64,000 nucleotides of DNA from Acidobacteriota bacterium (GTDB taxonomy: Bacteria; Acidobacteriota; Polarisedimenticolia; J045). The translations under genes and the position numbers were made by a program. How positions within the stretch are numbered: the stretch's first letter is position 1; every line of letters starts with the position of its first letter. The notes under the pieces are model-generated. The model was not told the origin of the DNA. It saw only the letters and a list, made by a program, of their open reading frames with translations, and did no database searches. Of the stretch, positions 1 through 9,981 are shown piece by piece. The stretch spans positions 10,873-74,872 of the forward strand of contig RFHH01000119.1 in the NCBI GenBank assembly GCA_003696075.1, in the 5' to 3' direction.

Positions 1-240
1 TCGACCCGCAAGCTCCCCGGTCTCAACCAGGTCCCGGACAGTGTCTGCCGGATCTTCGAGGGCTCGCCGAAGAAGCTCCCGCGCCCTGCCGCCAAGGAAA
101 CGCCCGCGGCGGCGGCGGCGGGCGGAGCGCACGCCGCCTGGCTGGTCCCGGCGCTGGCGGCGGGCGGTCTGGTGGCACTCCTCGCGCTGCTGAACGACGA
201 CCACGAAGACGCGCGGGACACCAACGCGACGCCTTTCTGA
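1..240 (+). CDS. 3' end of a hypothetical protein (partial) with a C-terminal hydrophobic helix
   Basis: Frame 1 is open from base 1 to TGA at 238-240: ...KETPAAAAAGGAHAAWLVPALAAGGLVALLALLNDDHEDARDTNATPF*. GC3-rich codons; convergent with lon. Confidence 0.6.
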   Translation, partial: STRKLPGLNQVPDSVCRIFEGSPKKLPRPAAKETPAAAAAGGAHAAWLVPALAAGGLVALLALLNDDHEDARDTNATPF

Positions 241-264
241 GCGGAAGTCGGTTCGCCGGCGGGA

Positions 265-2709
265 TCAGCGCGGTGGCGGTGCGTCGTCGCTGACGACCCG
301 CACCTCGCCCGACACATCGACCCGGCCCGGCTCTTCGGGTCCGGCCGGCGGCCGCTCGAACAGGTCGTCCCCGAGAGCGACCCGGATCACGTCGTCCAGC
401 TCCTGGGCGAAGTCGAACTGCATCGTCGCCCGCAGCTCGGGCTGGATGTCCTCGAGGTCCTTCTCGTTGTTCGCCGGCAGGATGACGCGCGTCACGCCGG
501 CGCGGCGGGCCGCCAGGACCTTCTCCTTGATCCCGCCCACAGGGAGCACCTTCCCGCGGAGGGTGAGCTCCCCCGTCATCCCGACCATCGGCCGCACCGG
601 ACGGCCGATCAGCAGCGACAGGAGGCTCACCGCGATCGTCACGCCGGCCGAGGGCCCGTCCTTCGGGATGGCGCCCGCGGGGACGTGCACGTGGATGTCG
701 TTCTTCTCGAACTTCTCGGGCGGGATCCCGAACGCGGCGGCGTTGGAGCGGATCCAGGACAGCGCAGCCTGGGCCGACTCCTTCATCACCTCGCCGAGCC
801 GCCCCGTGATGAGGAGTTTGCCGCGGCCCGGCATCAGGCTCGATTCGATGAACAGAATGTCGCCCCCAGACTGGGTCCACGCGAGACCGATGGCGACGCC
901 GGGGCGGTTGGCGCGCTCCGCCAACTCCCGGTGGAATTTCTGCGGACCGAGGTAGTCGGGCACGTCCGCCGCCCGAATCACGATCGGGCCGGACCGGTGC
1001 TCCTCCTCCTGCTCGACGAGCCGCCGGGCCACCTTGCGGCACAGGCTGGCGATCTCGCGCTCGAGATTCCGCAACCCCGCCTCCCGGGTGTACTCGGCGA
1101 TGATCCGCTGGATCGCACCGTCCTCGATCTCGATGTCGACTCCCTCGAGACCGTTTTCCTCCAGCTGCCGCGGGATCAGATGCCGGCGCGCGATTTCCAG
1201 CTTCTCCTCTTCGGTGTACCCGGGAAGGGACAGAACCTCCATCCGGTCACGCAACGCGTGCGGGATGGTGTCGAGCACGTTCGCCGTGCAGATGAAGAAG
1301 ACCTGACTCAGATCGAACGGGACCTCGAGGTAGTGGTCGGAGAAGGAGAAATTCTGCTCCGGGTCGAGCACCTCCAGCAGGGCGCTCGAGGGATCGCCGC
1401 GGAAATCGGCGCCGAGCTTGTCCACCTCGTCGAGGACGAACACGGGGTTCTTCGACCCCGCCCGTTTCAGTCCCTGAATGATCCGTCCCGGGAGGGCTCC
1501 GACGTACGTCCGGCGATGGCCTCTGATCTCCGCCTCGTCCCGGACGCCTCCCAGCGAGATCCGGACGAACTTGCGGCCCATCGCACGCGCGATGGAGCGG
1601 CCGAGCGAGGTCTTCCCGGTCCCCGGCGGGCCCACGAAGCACAGGATCGGTCCCTTGAGATCCGGCTTGCGCTTCCGGACGGCCAGGTACTCGAGGATCC
1701 TGTCCTTCACCTTCTCCAGGTCGTAGTGATCCTGGTCCAGGATCTCGCGGGCGGCTTTCAGCTCGATCTTGTCCTCGGTGGTGGTGCTCCACGGCAGGCT
1801 CGTCATCCAATCGAGGTAGGTCCGCGCCACCGTGTACTCCGCCGACGCCGGCGGCATCGCGCTCAGCCGGTCGAGCTCCCGCTCCGCGACCTCCCGGGCC
1901 TCGTCGGGCATCCCGGCCGCCTCGATCTTCTTCCGGAACTCTTCGATCTCCCGCGTCCGATCGTCGCCGTCCCCGAGCTCCCGCTGGATCGCCTTCATCT
2001 GCTCGCGCAGGTAGAAGTGCCGCTGGGTCTTCCCGACCTCGTCCATGACGCGCGACTGGATCTGCGACCCGAGCTCGGTGACCTGGATCTCCCGGTTCAC
2101 GCGGTAGGTGATCTTCTCCAGCCGCTCCTTGAGGGATGCGATCGGGAGAAGCTCCATCTTGTCCTTCACCGGGATGGGCAGGACCGAGGCCACGAGATCC
2201 GCCAGCCGGTCGGGATCGTCCTCCGGAAGGGTCAGCTCGGAAATATCCCCGGACAGGTTCGGGTGAATCTCCACCAGCTTGCGGAACTGGATGGCGAGGT
2301 TCCGGGCGAGCGCTTCGACCTCGATTCCCTCGTCGCGAATCGTCTCCAGGCGCTCGAAGCGTCCGGCCAGGTGCGGCTCTTCCTGCTCGAGCTCGATCAG
2401 GCGGACGCGCTGCAGACCCTGAATGATGAGGTTGATGTTTCCGCCGCCGACGCGGATCGCTTTGAGCACTCGCGCCAGGGTGCCGTGATCGTACAGATCC
2501 TCGATCCGCGGGTCGTCGGTTCCCGGGTCCTTCTGGCTCAGGACGACGATCTGGAGATCCTTCTCCAGCGCGTTCTCGATCAGCGCGAGCGTCTTGCGCC
2601 GCCCGACGCTGATCGGCATCACGGCGTGGGGGAACAACACACTGTTTCGGAGCGGCAGAATGCCGAACCGCTCGCCGTCCGCGCCCTTCGAACGCTTCGC
2701 CTCGCTCAT
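265..2709 (-). CDS. lon: ATP-dependent Lon protease (LonA)
   Basis: N-domain LPLRNSVLFP, Walker A GPPGTGKT, EIRGHRRTYVGALPG, catalytic PKDGPSAG and VGGIKEK. Confidence 0.97.
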   Translation of the reverse strand: MSEAKRSKGADGERFGILPLRNSVLFPHAVMPISVGRRKTLALIENALEKDLQIVVLSQKDPGTDDPRIEDLYDHGTLARVLKAIRVGGGNINLIIQGLQRVRLIELEQEEPHLAGRFERLETIRDEGIEVEALARNLAIQFRKLVEIHPNLSGDISELTLPEDDPDRLADLVASVLPIPVKDKMELLPIASLKERLEKITYRVNREIQVTELGSQIQSRVMDEVGKTQRHFYLREQMKAIQRELGDGDDRTREIEEFRKKIEAAGMPDEAREVAERELDRLSAMPPASAEYTVARTYLDWMTSLPWSTTTEDKIELKAAREILDQDHYDLEKVKDRILEYLAVRKRKPDLKGPILCFVGPPGTGKTSLGRSIARAMGRKFVRISLGGVRDEAEIRGHRRTYVGALPGRIIQGLKRAGSKNPVFVLDEVDKLGADFRGDPSSALLEVLDPEQNFSFSDHYLEVPFDLSQVFFICTANVLDTIPHALRDRMEVLSLPGYTEEEKLEIARRHLIPRQLEENGLEGVDIEIEDGAIQRIIAEYTREAGLRNLEREIASLCRKVARRLVEQEEEHRSGPIVIRAADVPDYLGPQKFHRELAERANRPGVAIGLAWTQSGGDILFIESSLMPGRGKLLITGRLGEVMKESAQAALSWIRSNAAAFGIPPEKFEKNDIHVHVPAGAIPKDGPSAGVTIAVSLLSLLIGRPVRPMVGMTGELTLRGKVLPVGGIKEKVLAARRAGVTRVILPANNEKDLEDIQPELRATMQFDFAQELDDVIRVALGDDLFERPPAGPEEPGRVDVSGEVRVVSDDAPPPR

Positions 2710-2805
2710 CGTGACCTCACACCGCGTGCGACGCGCGGGAGCCGCGGCCCTGGTTCGAGTGTGCCACGGCGCCCCCGCTCCTGCCAGACGATCCGGAAGG
2801 GCCCG

Positions 2806-3237
2806 TCACCCGGAAACCTCGATCCGGCGAACCCGCGCCTCCTCGCGCTTCGGGATCGTGATCGTGAGCACCCCAGCTTCGTAGCCGGCGGTGATGCGGG
2901 ACGGATCGGCGCCGGGCGGCAGCCGGAAGCTGCGCCGGAACCGACCGGCCGGCCGCTCGGAACGCACGATGCCAGCGCCGTTCGCACGGGGACGCTCGCC
3001 GGTCAGCAGGAGCATCCCTCCCTCGACGCGCAGATCGATCGCCTCGCGCGGAACTCCGGGCAGGTCGGCCTCGATCACCACCGCGCTGTCGGTCTCACGG
3101 ACGTCGACGGGGGGGAGGAATTCCGCGGCGCGACGCCCGCGCCCTGGCAGGCCGAGCCCGTCCAGAATCCGGGTCAGGTCCTGCTCGAGGCCCGAGAGAA
3201 TCTCGAAGGGATGACGGCCCGTCTCGCTCGCACGCAT
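2806..3237 (-). CDS. Hsp20/alpha-crystallin small heat-shock protein
   Basis: PPVDVRET, ADLPGV, GRFRRSFRLP, AGYEAGVLTITIPK; directly upstream of lon. Confidence 0.93.
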   Translation of the reverse strand: MRASETGRHPFEILSGLEQDLTRILDGLGLPGRGRRAAEFLPPVDVRETDSAVVIEADLPGVPREAIDLRVEGGMLLLTGERPRANGAGIVRSERPAGRFRRSFRLPPGADPSRITAGYEAGVLTITIPKREEARVRRIEVSG

Positions 3238-3304
3238 GGTCTTCGCTCCCGCCGGGATCCTGAAGATCCGGGCGCGCAGCTTCTAAGACCGGCGGCAAGC
3301 GCCG

Positions 3305-5389
3305 TCAAGACGCCCCGACGACGGCGTCGACGAGCTCGGGGGGAACAGGCCGGTAGTCGAACGGCTCCAGGGCGAACGTGCCGCGTCCCTGGGTGAGCGA
3401 GCGAAGGTCCGTCGAATAACCGAACATCGATCCCAGCGGAACGAATCCGCGGACCACCGCCTGCGTTCCCAGGACTCCGGTTTCGCGGATCTCCGCCCGG
3501 CGGGCCCCCAGGTCCTTGACCACCGCTCCCAGGAACTCCTCCGGAGCCCTGACCTCGAAGCGCATGATCGGCTCGAGCAGCACCGCCTCCGCCTTCTGGA
3601 AGGCGTGGCGCACGGCGAGCGAAAGGGCCGCTCCGAGGGGCACCGAGGGCTCCGGGGCATCGCCGAGCTCGAGCGCGGTCAAGGTGACCCGCACGTCGAT
3701 CACGGGAAAGCCGTGCGCGCCTCCCGCCTCGCACGCGGATCGCAGCGTGTCGGCGGCCTCCTCCCGCAGGGCCGGCGGGAGAAGCGCCGCGTGCGATCCG
3801 AGGTCGACCTCCACCGGGGGAAGCGAGCGATCGCCCGGGGGCCGGGGCCTCGGCGCCACCTCCACGGCGGCGCGGGCGAACAGGGCGACGTCGCCGACCC
3901 GCTTGTCGAACACGCCCTCCCCGGCGGCCGGCCCGCCGATCGTCTCGCGATAGGAGACGCGGGGTCGCCCGAACCGGGCGCGCACGCGGAAGTCGCGTTC
4001 CATCCGGTTGCGAATGACATCCAGGTGGAGCTCTCCCATTCCGGAGAAAATCAGCTCGCCCGTTTCCTCGTTCACGTGGCAGCGGAACGTCGGATCTTCC
4101 CGCTGGAGCCTGTCCACGACTTCGAGCAGCTTGTCCCGGTCCGCGGCCGTCCGGGCCTCGACGGCCACGGAAACGACCGTCTCCGGGAAGGTGATCTTCT
4201 CGTACGCGATGGGGTGATCGGGATCGCACAGGGTGTCGCCGGTGACGACGTCCTTGATCCCCATCGCGGCGACGATGTCGCCCGTCTCCGCGCGGTCCAC
4301 CGGCTCCGTCCGGTCGGCGAAGATCCTCAGCAGGCGCCGCAGCCGGAGCCTTTTCCCGGTCCGCGGGTTGAAGCAGCGGTCCTCGGTCCCCAGCGAACCC
4401 GAATAGACACGCAGCCAGTGGACGTCGGCGTTGGGCGTCGCGACGACCTTGCAGACCAGCGCGGAGAATGGCGCCGACGGATCCGGCGGGCGCGTCGCCG
4501 GCTCACCCGTCTTCGGGTCGATCCCGGCCGCGGGGGGCCGGTCGAGCGGGGATGGGAGGTAGTCGCACACCGCATCGAGGACGGGGCGGATACCGAGATC
4601 CTTGAGCGCCGCGCCGCAGAGGACCGGGACGAAACGCCCGGCGACCGTGGCCTCGCGAATCGCGCGGCGGAGCTCCTCCCCACTCACGGGCTCGTCGGCG
4701 AGGAACTTGTCGGCGAGCCAGTCCACGGCCTCGGCCACGCCGCAGACGAGCCTCTCGCGGGCGGCCTCGGCCGCCTCCCGCATCTCGGGGGGGATGTCCT
4801 CTTCCTCCAACTCCCGCCCGCGGGTCGCGGGATCGAAGACCAGGCGGCGCATGGAGAGCAGGTCGATCACCCCGTCGAGCTTGTCCTCGAGGCCGCAGGG
4901 GAGATTGATGAAGCAGGCATTCGCCCCCAGGACTTCGCGAATCTGTTCGAGCACCCGCTCGTGGTCGGCACCCACCCGGTCGAGCTTGTTGATGAACGCC
5001 AGCCTCGGGACGCGGTAACGGTCGGCCTGGTGCCAGACGGTCTCGCTCTGCGGCTCGACGCCTTCCACCCCGGAGAAGACGACGACAGCCCCGTCGAGGA
5101 CGCGAACGCTCCGCTCGACCTCGGCGGTGAAATCGACGTGCCCCGGGGTGTCGATCAGGTTGACCTGATGGCCGTTCCAGAGGAAGGTCGTCGCCGCCGC
5201 CTGGATGGTGATCCCGCGCTCCCGCTCCTGCTCGAGAAAGTCCATCGCCGCCTCCCCGCGATGGACCTCTCCGATCTTGTGGATCAAGCCGGCGTAGTAG
5301 AGGAAGCGCTCCGTGGTCGTCGTCTTGCCCGCGTCGATGTGCGCGATGATGCCGATGTTCCGGACCTTGTCTCGGGGTGCGCGCGACAC
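3305..5389 (-). CDS. fusA: Elongation factor G, stand-alone paralog
   Basis: [43 protein letters not shown]. Not in an rpsL-rpsG-fusA-tuf context; domain IV divergent. Confidence 0.93.
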   Translation of the reverse strand: MSRAPRDKVRNIGIIAHIDAGKTTTTERFLYYAGLIHKIGEVHRGEAAMDFLEQERERGITIQAAATTFLWNGHQVNLIDTPGHVDFTAEVERSVRVLDGAVVVFSGVEGVEPQSETVWHQADRYRVPRLAFINKLDRVGADHERVLEQIREVLGANACFINLPCGLEDKLDGVIDLLSMRRLVFDPATRGRELEEEDIPPEMREAAEAARERLVCGVAEAVDWLADKFLADEPVSGEELRRAIREATVAGRFVPVLCGAALKDLGIRPVLDAVCDYLPSPLDRPPAAGIDPKTGEPATRPPDPSAPFSALVCKVVATPNADVHWLRVYSGSLGTEDRCFNPRTGKRLRLRRLLRIFADRTEPVDRAETGDIVAAMGIKDVVTGDTLCDPDHPIAYEKITFPETVVSVAVEARTAADRDKLLEVVDRLQREDPTFRCHVNEETGELIFSGMGELHLDVIRNRMERDFRVRARFGRPRVSYRETIGGPAAGEGVFDKRVGDVALFARAAVEVAPRPRPPGDRSLPPVEVDLGSHAALLPPALREEAADTLRSACEAGGAHGFPVIDVRVTLTALELGDAPEPSVPLGAALSLAVRHAFQKAEAVLLEPIMRFEVRAPEEFLGAVVKDLGARRAEIRETGVLGTQAVVRGFVPLGSMFGYSTDLRSLTQGRGTFALEPFDYRPVPPELVDAVVGAS

Positions 5390-5424
5390 GGGTCGACCTC
5401 GCTCGGCTCGCAGGAATGACCGGC

Positions 5425-5453
5425 AAGTTAGCAGGGGGGCGAAAGTGCGTCAA
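5425..5453 (-). promoter_or_regulatory. Sigma70-like promoter for the fusA paralog
   Basis: Minus strand reads TTGACG-17 nt-TAACTT with an extended -10 TG (TGCTAACTT), about 35 nt upstream of the GTG start. Confidence 0.6.
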
Positions 5454-5500
5454 CGCGAAGCCGGCGCCTCCGGCCCGGCAGCCCGGCGTTCCGAAACCCG

Positions 5501-5554
5501 GGATCCACAACCGCTCGCCGCGGTTTTCCACATTGTGGGTCAATCGGTGGAAAA
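5501..5554. promoter_or_regulatory. Cluster of DnaA-box-like 9-mers
   Basis: TTTTCCACA at 5524-5532 fits TTWTNCACA. TTTTCCACC on the minus strand at 5546-5554 has 1 mismatch. Weaker copies: GGATCCACA at 5501-5509 and TGACCCACA (minus) at 5534-5542. Confidence 0.45.
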
Positions 5555-7360
5555 CAGCAGGTCGCCCTCCCAGGGCCCTTCACCCGGCCCCGGCACAGCC
5601 TCGGTTTGAGGGAAGGCCGGAAACGGCTGGTCCGGATCGGCGCCGAAGAGCGGCCCCGGACCGGCGAGCCCTCCCGAGCCGGACCAAGGGCAGGTGACGA
5701 CCCCGGTCCGCTGCTCGGGAAGCACGCGGAGCCGGCCGCGCACCGCGCCTCGATCGTTGCGCAGCACCACCAGGTCGCCGTCCGACAGCCCGCGGGCCTC
5801 GGCGTCGGCGGGCGCCATTCCGATCCACAGGCGCCGCTCGGGCGCGGGCGGCGCGGGAACGAACTCGAGCGGGAAGGCGGTGCTCCGGGCCGGGGGCGCC
5901 ACCCGGGCCTCGGCCCCCAAGACTGCCCCGCCGCACTCGCGCGATCGGACGCGGGCGTCTCCCCGCGGCGGCGCTTCGCCCTCGGCGCACGGGGGTAGGA
6001 GCGGGCCGAGATCCTCGGGAAACCACTCGGCGGGCCATCCGAGGCGCGCGCCGAGTCCGCGCCAGAGGCGTTCCGGCGGCCGGACCTCGGGAGGCGGCGG
6101 GACCGCACCCTGGCCTCCCCACGGGCACGGGCCGATCCCGGCTCCGGCGGCCGCGTCGGAAGCCTCGAAGAAGGCCGGAGCGGGGAGGAGAAGATCCGCG
6201 CGGCGTGCGGTCGGTCCCTGTATCTCCAGCGCGAACCGGACCACCAGGCGCGCCTTTTCGAGGTACCGCGCCAGGATGGAAGCCCCGGGCCAGAAGGTCA
6301 GCGGATCGGGGCCGGAGACCACGACCACGTCGGAGCCGGCGTCGCGCTCCTCCAGGCGGGCGGCGAACCAGGCGGCGTCCCGGGCCACGGCACCTGCAGA
6401 GCCGACGGGGAGCGGCATCCCGCTTCCCGGCGGCTCACCCTCGAGCGTCGCGGCCAGCACGGCACCCGTCGTGCGGGCCAGCTCGCCGAGGGACCGGCAC
6501 AACAGCCCGGCGGCCTCCCCCGCAGCGGCCTCCTCCCCGACCACGATCATGGCCTCCCCGGCGGCGTCGGCGAGGCTCCGGCCCAGCCAGACGATCTCGT
6601 CCGGCGACACGCCCGCCACGGCGGCCGCCCTGGCCGGGGGCCAAGGGTCGCCCGTCTCTCTCCCCCCGCGGACCTCGCGCGCCACATGGGCGGCGCCGAG
6701 CGCGATGGCGGCGTGGGTACCGGGAAGTGGCTGGATCCTCCGGTCCGCCTCGCCAGCGGCCGGTCCCCCGCGCGCTCCGACGAAAACGCGTCGGGCGCCG
6801 TCACGCCGGGCCCGCTCCGGCCATCGGTCGCCGAGCCCCCCGGTGTCGCCGAGCTCGGCACCCCAAAGGACGAGCAGGCGCAGCCGCTCGAACCGGCCCG
6901 GGCCGTCCGCCGGACGGGCTTCGGGAGCCAGCGCCTCGGCCAGGAGCCGGCGCGGGCTCGGGGAGCGCACGATCTCGATCGGCTGCGGGAGGAAAGCGGA
7001 AACCCGGTCGAGCAGAACACGGGAGAATCGGGCGCGGACCGCCGTATCGAGAACCACCCAGCGAACCTGTCGCTCCCGCGCCTCGGCCGCGAGGCGGTCC
7101 AGGACCTCCCGCCAGCCGACCGGCACGAACCGGCGGACCCGCCCCCCTTCCCGCCGTCCCCCCTCCGGTCGCATCGGCACGGTGAGCCGGGCACCGGAAG
7201 TCGCGACGCGGACCTCGTGCCGGCAATCGGGGCAGGGCATCGTTCCTGACGCTCCGGCGAGACCGGCGAGCCGGGCCCCGGCCACCAGCGCGATCGGCCG
7301 GCAGCCTCCCCGGCAGGCGGCCGAAGGAGCCACGGGGACCGCCCGTACGGCTGGACTCAC
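5540..7360 (-). CDS. Degenerate molybdopterin-dependent oxidoreductase-like protein
   Basis: RLTVPMR...RFVPVGWREVLDRLA, TARRADLLLPAPAFFE, C-terminal bis-MGD-binding-like MAPADAEARGLSDGDLVVLRNDRG. GTG start overlaps the stop of the upstream response regulator. Confidence 0.7.
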   Translation of the reverse strand: MSPAVRAVPVAPSAACRGGCRPIALVAGARLAGLAGASGTMPCPDCRHEVRVATSGARLTVPMRPEGGRREGGRVRRFVPVGWREVLDRLAAEARERQVRWVVLDTAVRARFSRVLLDRVSAFLPQPIEIVRSPSPRRLLAEALAPEARPADGPGRFERLRLLVLWGAELGDTGGLGDRWPERARRDGARRVFVGARGGPAAGEADRRIQPLPGTHAAIALGAAHVAREVRGGRETGDPWPPARAAAVAGVSPDEIVWLGRSLADAAGEAMIVVGEEAAAGEAAGLLCRSLGELARTTGAVLAATLEGEPPGSGMPLPVGSAGAVARDAAWFAARLEERDAGSDVVVVSGPDPLTFWPGASILARYLEKARLVVRFALEIQGPTARRADLLLPAPAFFEASDAAAGAGIGPCPWGGQGAVPPPPEVRPPERLWRGLGARLGWPAEWFPEDLGPLLPPCAEGEAPPRGDARVRSRECGGAVLGAEARVAPPARSTAFPLEFVPAPPAPERRLWIGMAPADAEARGLSDGDLVVLRNDRGAVRGRLRVLPEQRTGVVTCPWSGSGGLAGPGPLFGADPDQPFPAFPQTEAVPGPGEGPWEGDLLFSTD

Positions 7361-7746
7361 GGCTCGAGCAGATCCCGCACGTGGGTGGCGAGCGCCTCGA
7401 TGTCCGGCGGCTTGGTGAGGAACAGGTCGGCACCGGAGATCAAGGACCGCTCCTGGGCGCCGATCCCCGGATAGCCGGTGAGGATGATGATCTTGAGCGA
7501 GCGACCGCGCGTCAGGCGCCGGATCCTCTCGCAGATGTCGAGACCTCCCATCCCCGGCATGACGACATCGAGGATGACGACCTGCGGCTCGAACGTCGCG
7601 AGCCGATAGCCGGCCTCGAACGCGTCGCCGGCCATCGCGACCTCGAACCCGGACCTGAGCATGAGCGATTTCGCCAGGGATTCCCTCAGATCCGCATCGT
7701 CGTCGACGAGAAGCACCCGAGGTGCCGCCCCCTTCGCTCCCGCCAT
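7357..7746 (-). CDS. Single-domain response regulator (receiver)
   Basis: VLLVDDD, ILDVVMPGMGG (phospho-Asp), ILTG, FLTKP; RBS GGAG upstream. Confidence 0.9.
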   Translation of the reverse strand: MAGAKGAAPRVLLVDDDADLRESLAKSLMLRSGFEVAMAGDAFEAGYRLATFEPQVVILDVVMPGMGGLDICERIRRLTRGRSLKIIILTGYPGIGAQERSLISGADLFLTKPPDIEALATHVRDLLEP

Positions 7747-7880
7747 CTGCCACTCCGCCAGGGACCGACGCTGTTCAGGGTTGCTCGTCGGATTGTACGG
7801 CGACGGTCCACGAGAGTCCATGGATTTTCCTCGGCCGGCCGAGAACTTCGTACCGGCGCTCGCGGCCGGCGCCCGCTGGA

Positions 7881-8660
7881 TCACTCGGCGAAGCCCGCGG
7901 TGAGCCCGCCGTCGGCCACGAGAACCGTTCCGGTGACGAACGAGAACGCCGGATCGAGTAGCCGGAAGATCGCCTCGGCGATCTCCTCGGGACGCCCGAT
8001 CCGGCCCACCGGGTGGCGGCCGCCGAGCCTTTCCAGCCTCGCGTCGCTCGCGGGTTCGTCTCCCCGCGGTGCCCGAAGCATCGGCGTGTCGACGGCACCG
8101 GGGCAGACGGCGTTCACTCGAATCCCCTCCCCCGCGTGGTCGAGGGCCATGGCGCGCGTGAGATTGACCAGCGCCGCCTTGCTGGCGCAGTACGCGGCGG
8201 CTCGCCGCATTCCGACGAGGCCGAGGGTGCTGGCGACGTTGACCACCGCCGGTCTCTCCCCCGCCCGGAGCAGCGGGAGCGCGGCCCGGCTCACCAGGAA
8301 AGCCCCCGTCACGTTGACGCGGAACAGGCGTTCCCAGACCTCCAGGGGGGTGGTCTCCACGGTTCCGAAGGCGGCCTGCCCCGCGTTGTTGACCAGGGCC
8401 TCCAGCCGACCGAAACGGCGCTGCACCGCCGCGATCGCGTTGTCGACCTCTGCGGGATCTCCGACGTCGGCCGTCTCGACCACGGCCCTTCCGCCGGCGG
8501 AAGCGCAGGCGCGCGCCGTTTCCTCGAGTTCCCGGCGGCGCCTCCCGACCAGCGCCACCGCGTAGCCCGCCTGCGCGAGCCGTACGGCGGTCGCGCGGCC
8601 GATCCCGGATCCGGCGCCGGTGACGAGCGCGTGGCGCGTCCGGTCTCGTCCAGGGGGCAT
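7881..8660 (-). CDS. Short-chain dehydrogenase/reductase (SDR)
   Basis: TGAGSGIG, NNAG, YCASK catalytic motif, IRVNAVCPG, DGG near the C-terminus. Confidence 0.93.
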   Translation of the reverse strand: MPPGRDRTRHALVTGAGSGIGRATAVRLAQAGYAVALVGRRRRELEETARACASAGGRAVVETADVGDPAEVDNAIAAVQRRFGRLEALVNNAGQAAFGTVETTPLEVWERLFRVNVTGAFLVSRAALPLLRAGERPAVVNVASTLGLVGMRRAAAYCASKAALVNLTRAMALDHAGEGIRVNAVCPGAVDTPMLRAPRGDEPASDARLERLGGRHPVGRIGRPEEIAEAIFRLLDPAFSFVTGTVLVADGGLTAGFAE

Positions 8661-8706
8661 CCGCGCCGCCTCCGGCGGGGGCTGCTCGCGGCCGCGGCGA
8701 GGGGAC

Positions 8707-8782
<76 letters not shown>

Positions 8783-8864
8783 CCGTCGCCGGCCTCGAGG
8801 ATAGCGCACCGGCGGGCACGAGGCCGGCTGCCGCTCGGCTCCCGGCCCGGGCAAAGCGCGGATT

Positions 8865-9929
8865 CTAGCCGCCGCCCTCCGGGCTTTCAACCGCCTCGGC
8901 GAGCGACTCGCGGGCCTCCCGCATCAGGGCCAGCACCACGGCGAGGATCACCGGACCCAACACCAGGCCGACCAGACCGAAGGCGGCCAGGCCTCCCAGA
9001 ACGCCGAAGAAGACCACGATGAAGGGAATCCGGGTGGAACCGGAAATGAAGAGCGGCCGGAGGAAGTTGTCGATCAGCGACACGAACAAGAAGGACCACA
9101 AGGCCACGAACAGGGCGCGACCCCACTCGCCGCCGATGGCGAGGCCCGCGATGACCGGAATGAACACCAGGCTCACGCCGAAGGGAATCACCGCGCACAG
9201 CCCGGTCGCCACACCCAGGAGCACCGGAGCGGGAACCCCCGCCAGCCAGTAGCCCACCATCGCCACGAGTCCCTGGGCGGCGGCGGTCATCAACCAGCCG
9301 TAGACGACGGCGCTGACGGTCTCGCGCACCGCCTGGAACAGGTCGCGGCCTCGCTCGCCGATGATCCTGTCGAGCAGGATGCCCACCTCCGAAACGAGGG
9401 TCTCGCCGTCCCGGTACACGAAGAAGAGGGTGAAGACGATGAGCACGCCGTTGAGGAGGTGCTGGGCGACGTTCCTGCCGAGACGCAGGACCTGCTGCGC
9501 CTGACCGGCGAGTTCCCGGATCCACACCTGCCGCAGTTCGTTGTCGGACAGCCGGTCGGCCCAGTCCTGCAGCAGCTGCTCGAGGAGGGGCACACGGTTC
9601 ACCCACTCCGGCCACTGGATCACCGGCGCAGTGGCCCAGGCGCGAAGGCGCGCGATCTGCGGTTCGAGTTCCTGGAGGAGAGCGAAACCGAGGAGCCCGG
9701 TGGGAACCAGCAGCAGGAGCACCAGCAGAGCGGTCATCGAGAGGGCGGCGAGCGTCCGCCGCCCGCCCAACCGGTCCCGCAGCCGCCGATAGGCGGGCCA
9801 GGTGGCGCTTCCGAGGATGAGCGCCCACAGGATCGGACTGATGAAAGGCGACAGGACGAGGATGCAGCCGTAGAGCACCGCGGCGAGCGCCGCGACGGCG
9901 AGAACCGCCCTCGTGATCTGGACGCGCAT
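8865..9929 (-). CDS. AI-2E family transporter
   Basis: Multi-TM protein with FFVYRDG, DNFLRP and FGVLGGLAAFGLVGLVLGPVI. Confidence 0.9.
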   Translation of the reverse strand: MRVQITRAVLAVAALAAVLYGCILVLSPFISPILWALILGSATWPAYRRLRDRLGGRRTLAALSMTALLVLLLLVPTGLLGFALLQELEPQIARLRAWATAPVIQWPEWVNRVPLLEQLLQDWADRLSDNELRQVWIRELAGQAQQVLRLGRNVAQHLLNGVLIVFTLFFVYRDGETLVSEVGILLDRIIGERGRDLFQAVRETVSAVVYGWLMTAAAQGLVAMVGYWLAGVPAPVLLGVATGLCAVIPFGVSLVFIPVIAGLAIGGEWGRALFVALWSFLFVSLIDNFLRPLFISGSTRIPFIVVFFGVLGGLAAFGLVGLVLGPVILAVVLALMREARESLAEAVESPEGGG

Positions 9930-9981
9930 CGCCCGATGCTACCTCAGCCGGGGGCGCCCCCGGCCACCCCCGCCCCGCGGC

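Noticed and set aside
5428..5453. TTAGCA...GTGC as a CIRCE (HrcA) operator
   Set aside because: Arms and spacing do not fit TTAGCACTC-N9-GAGTGCTAA. It is better explained as a sigma70 promoter on the minus strand.
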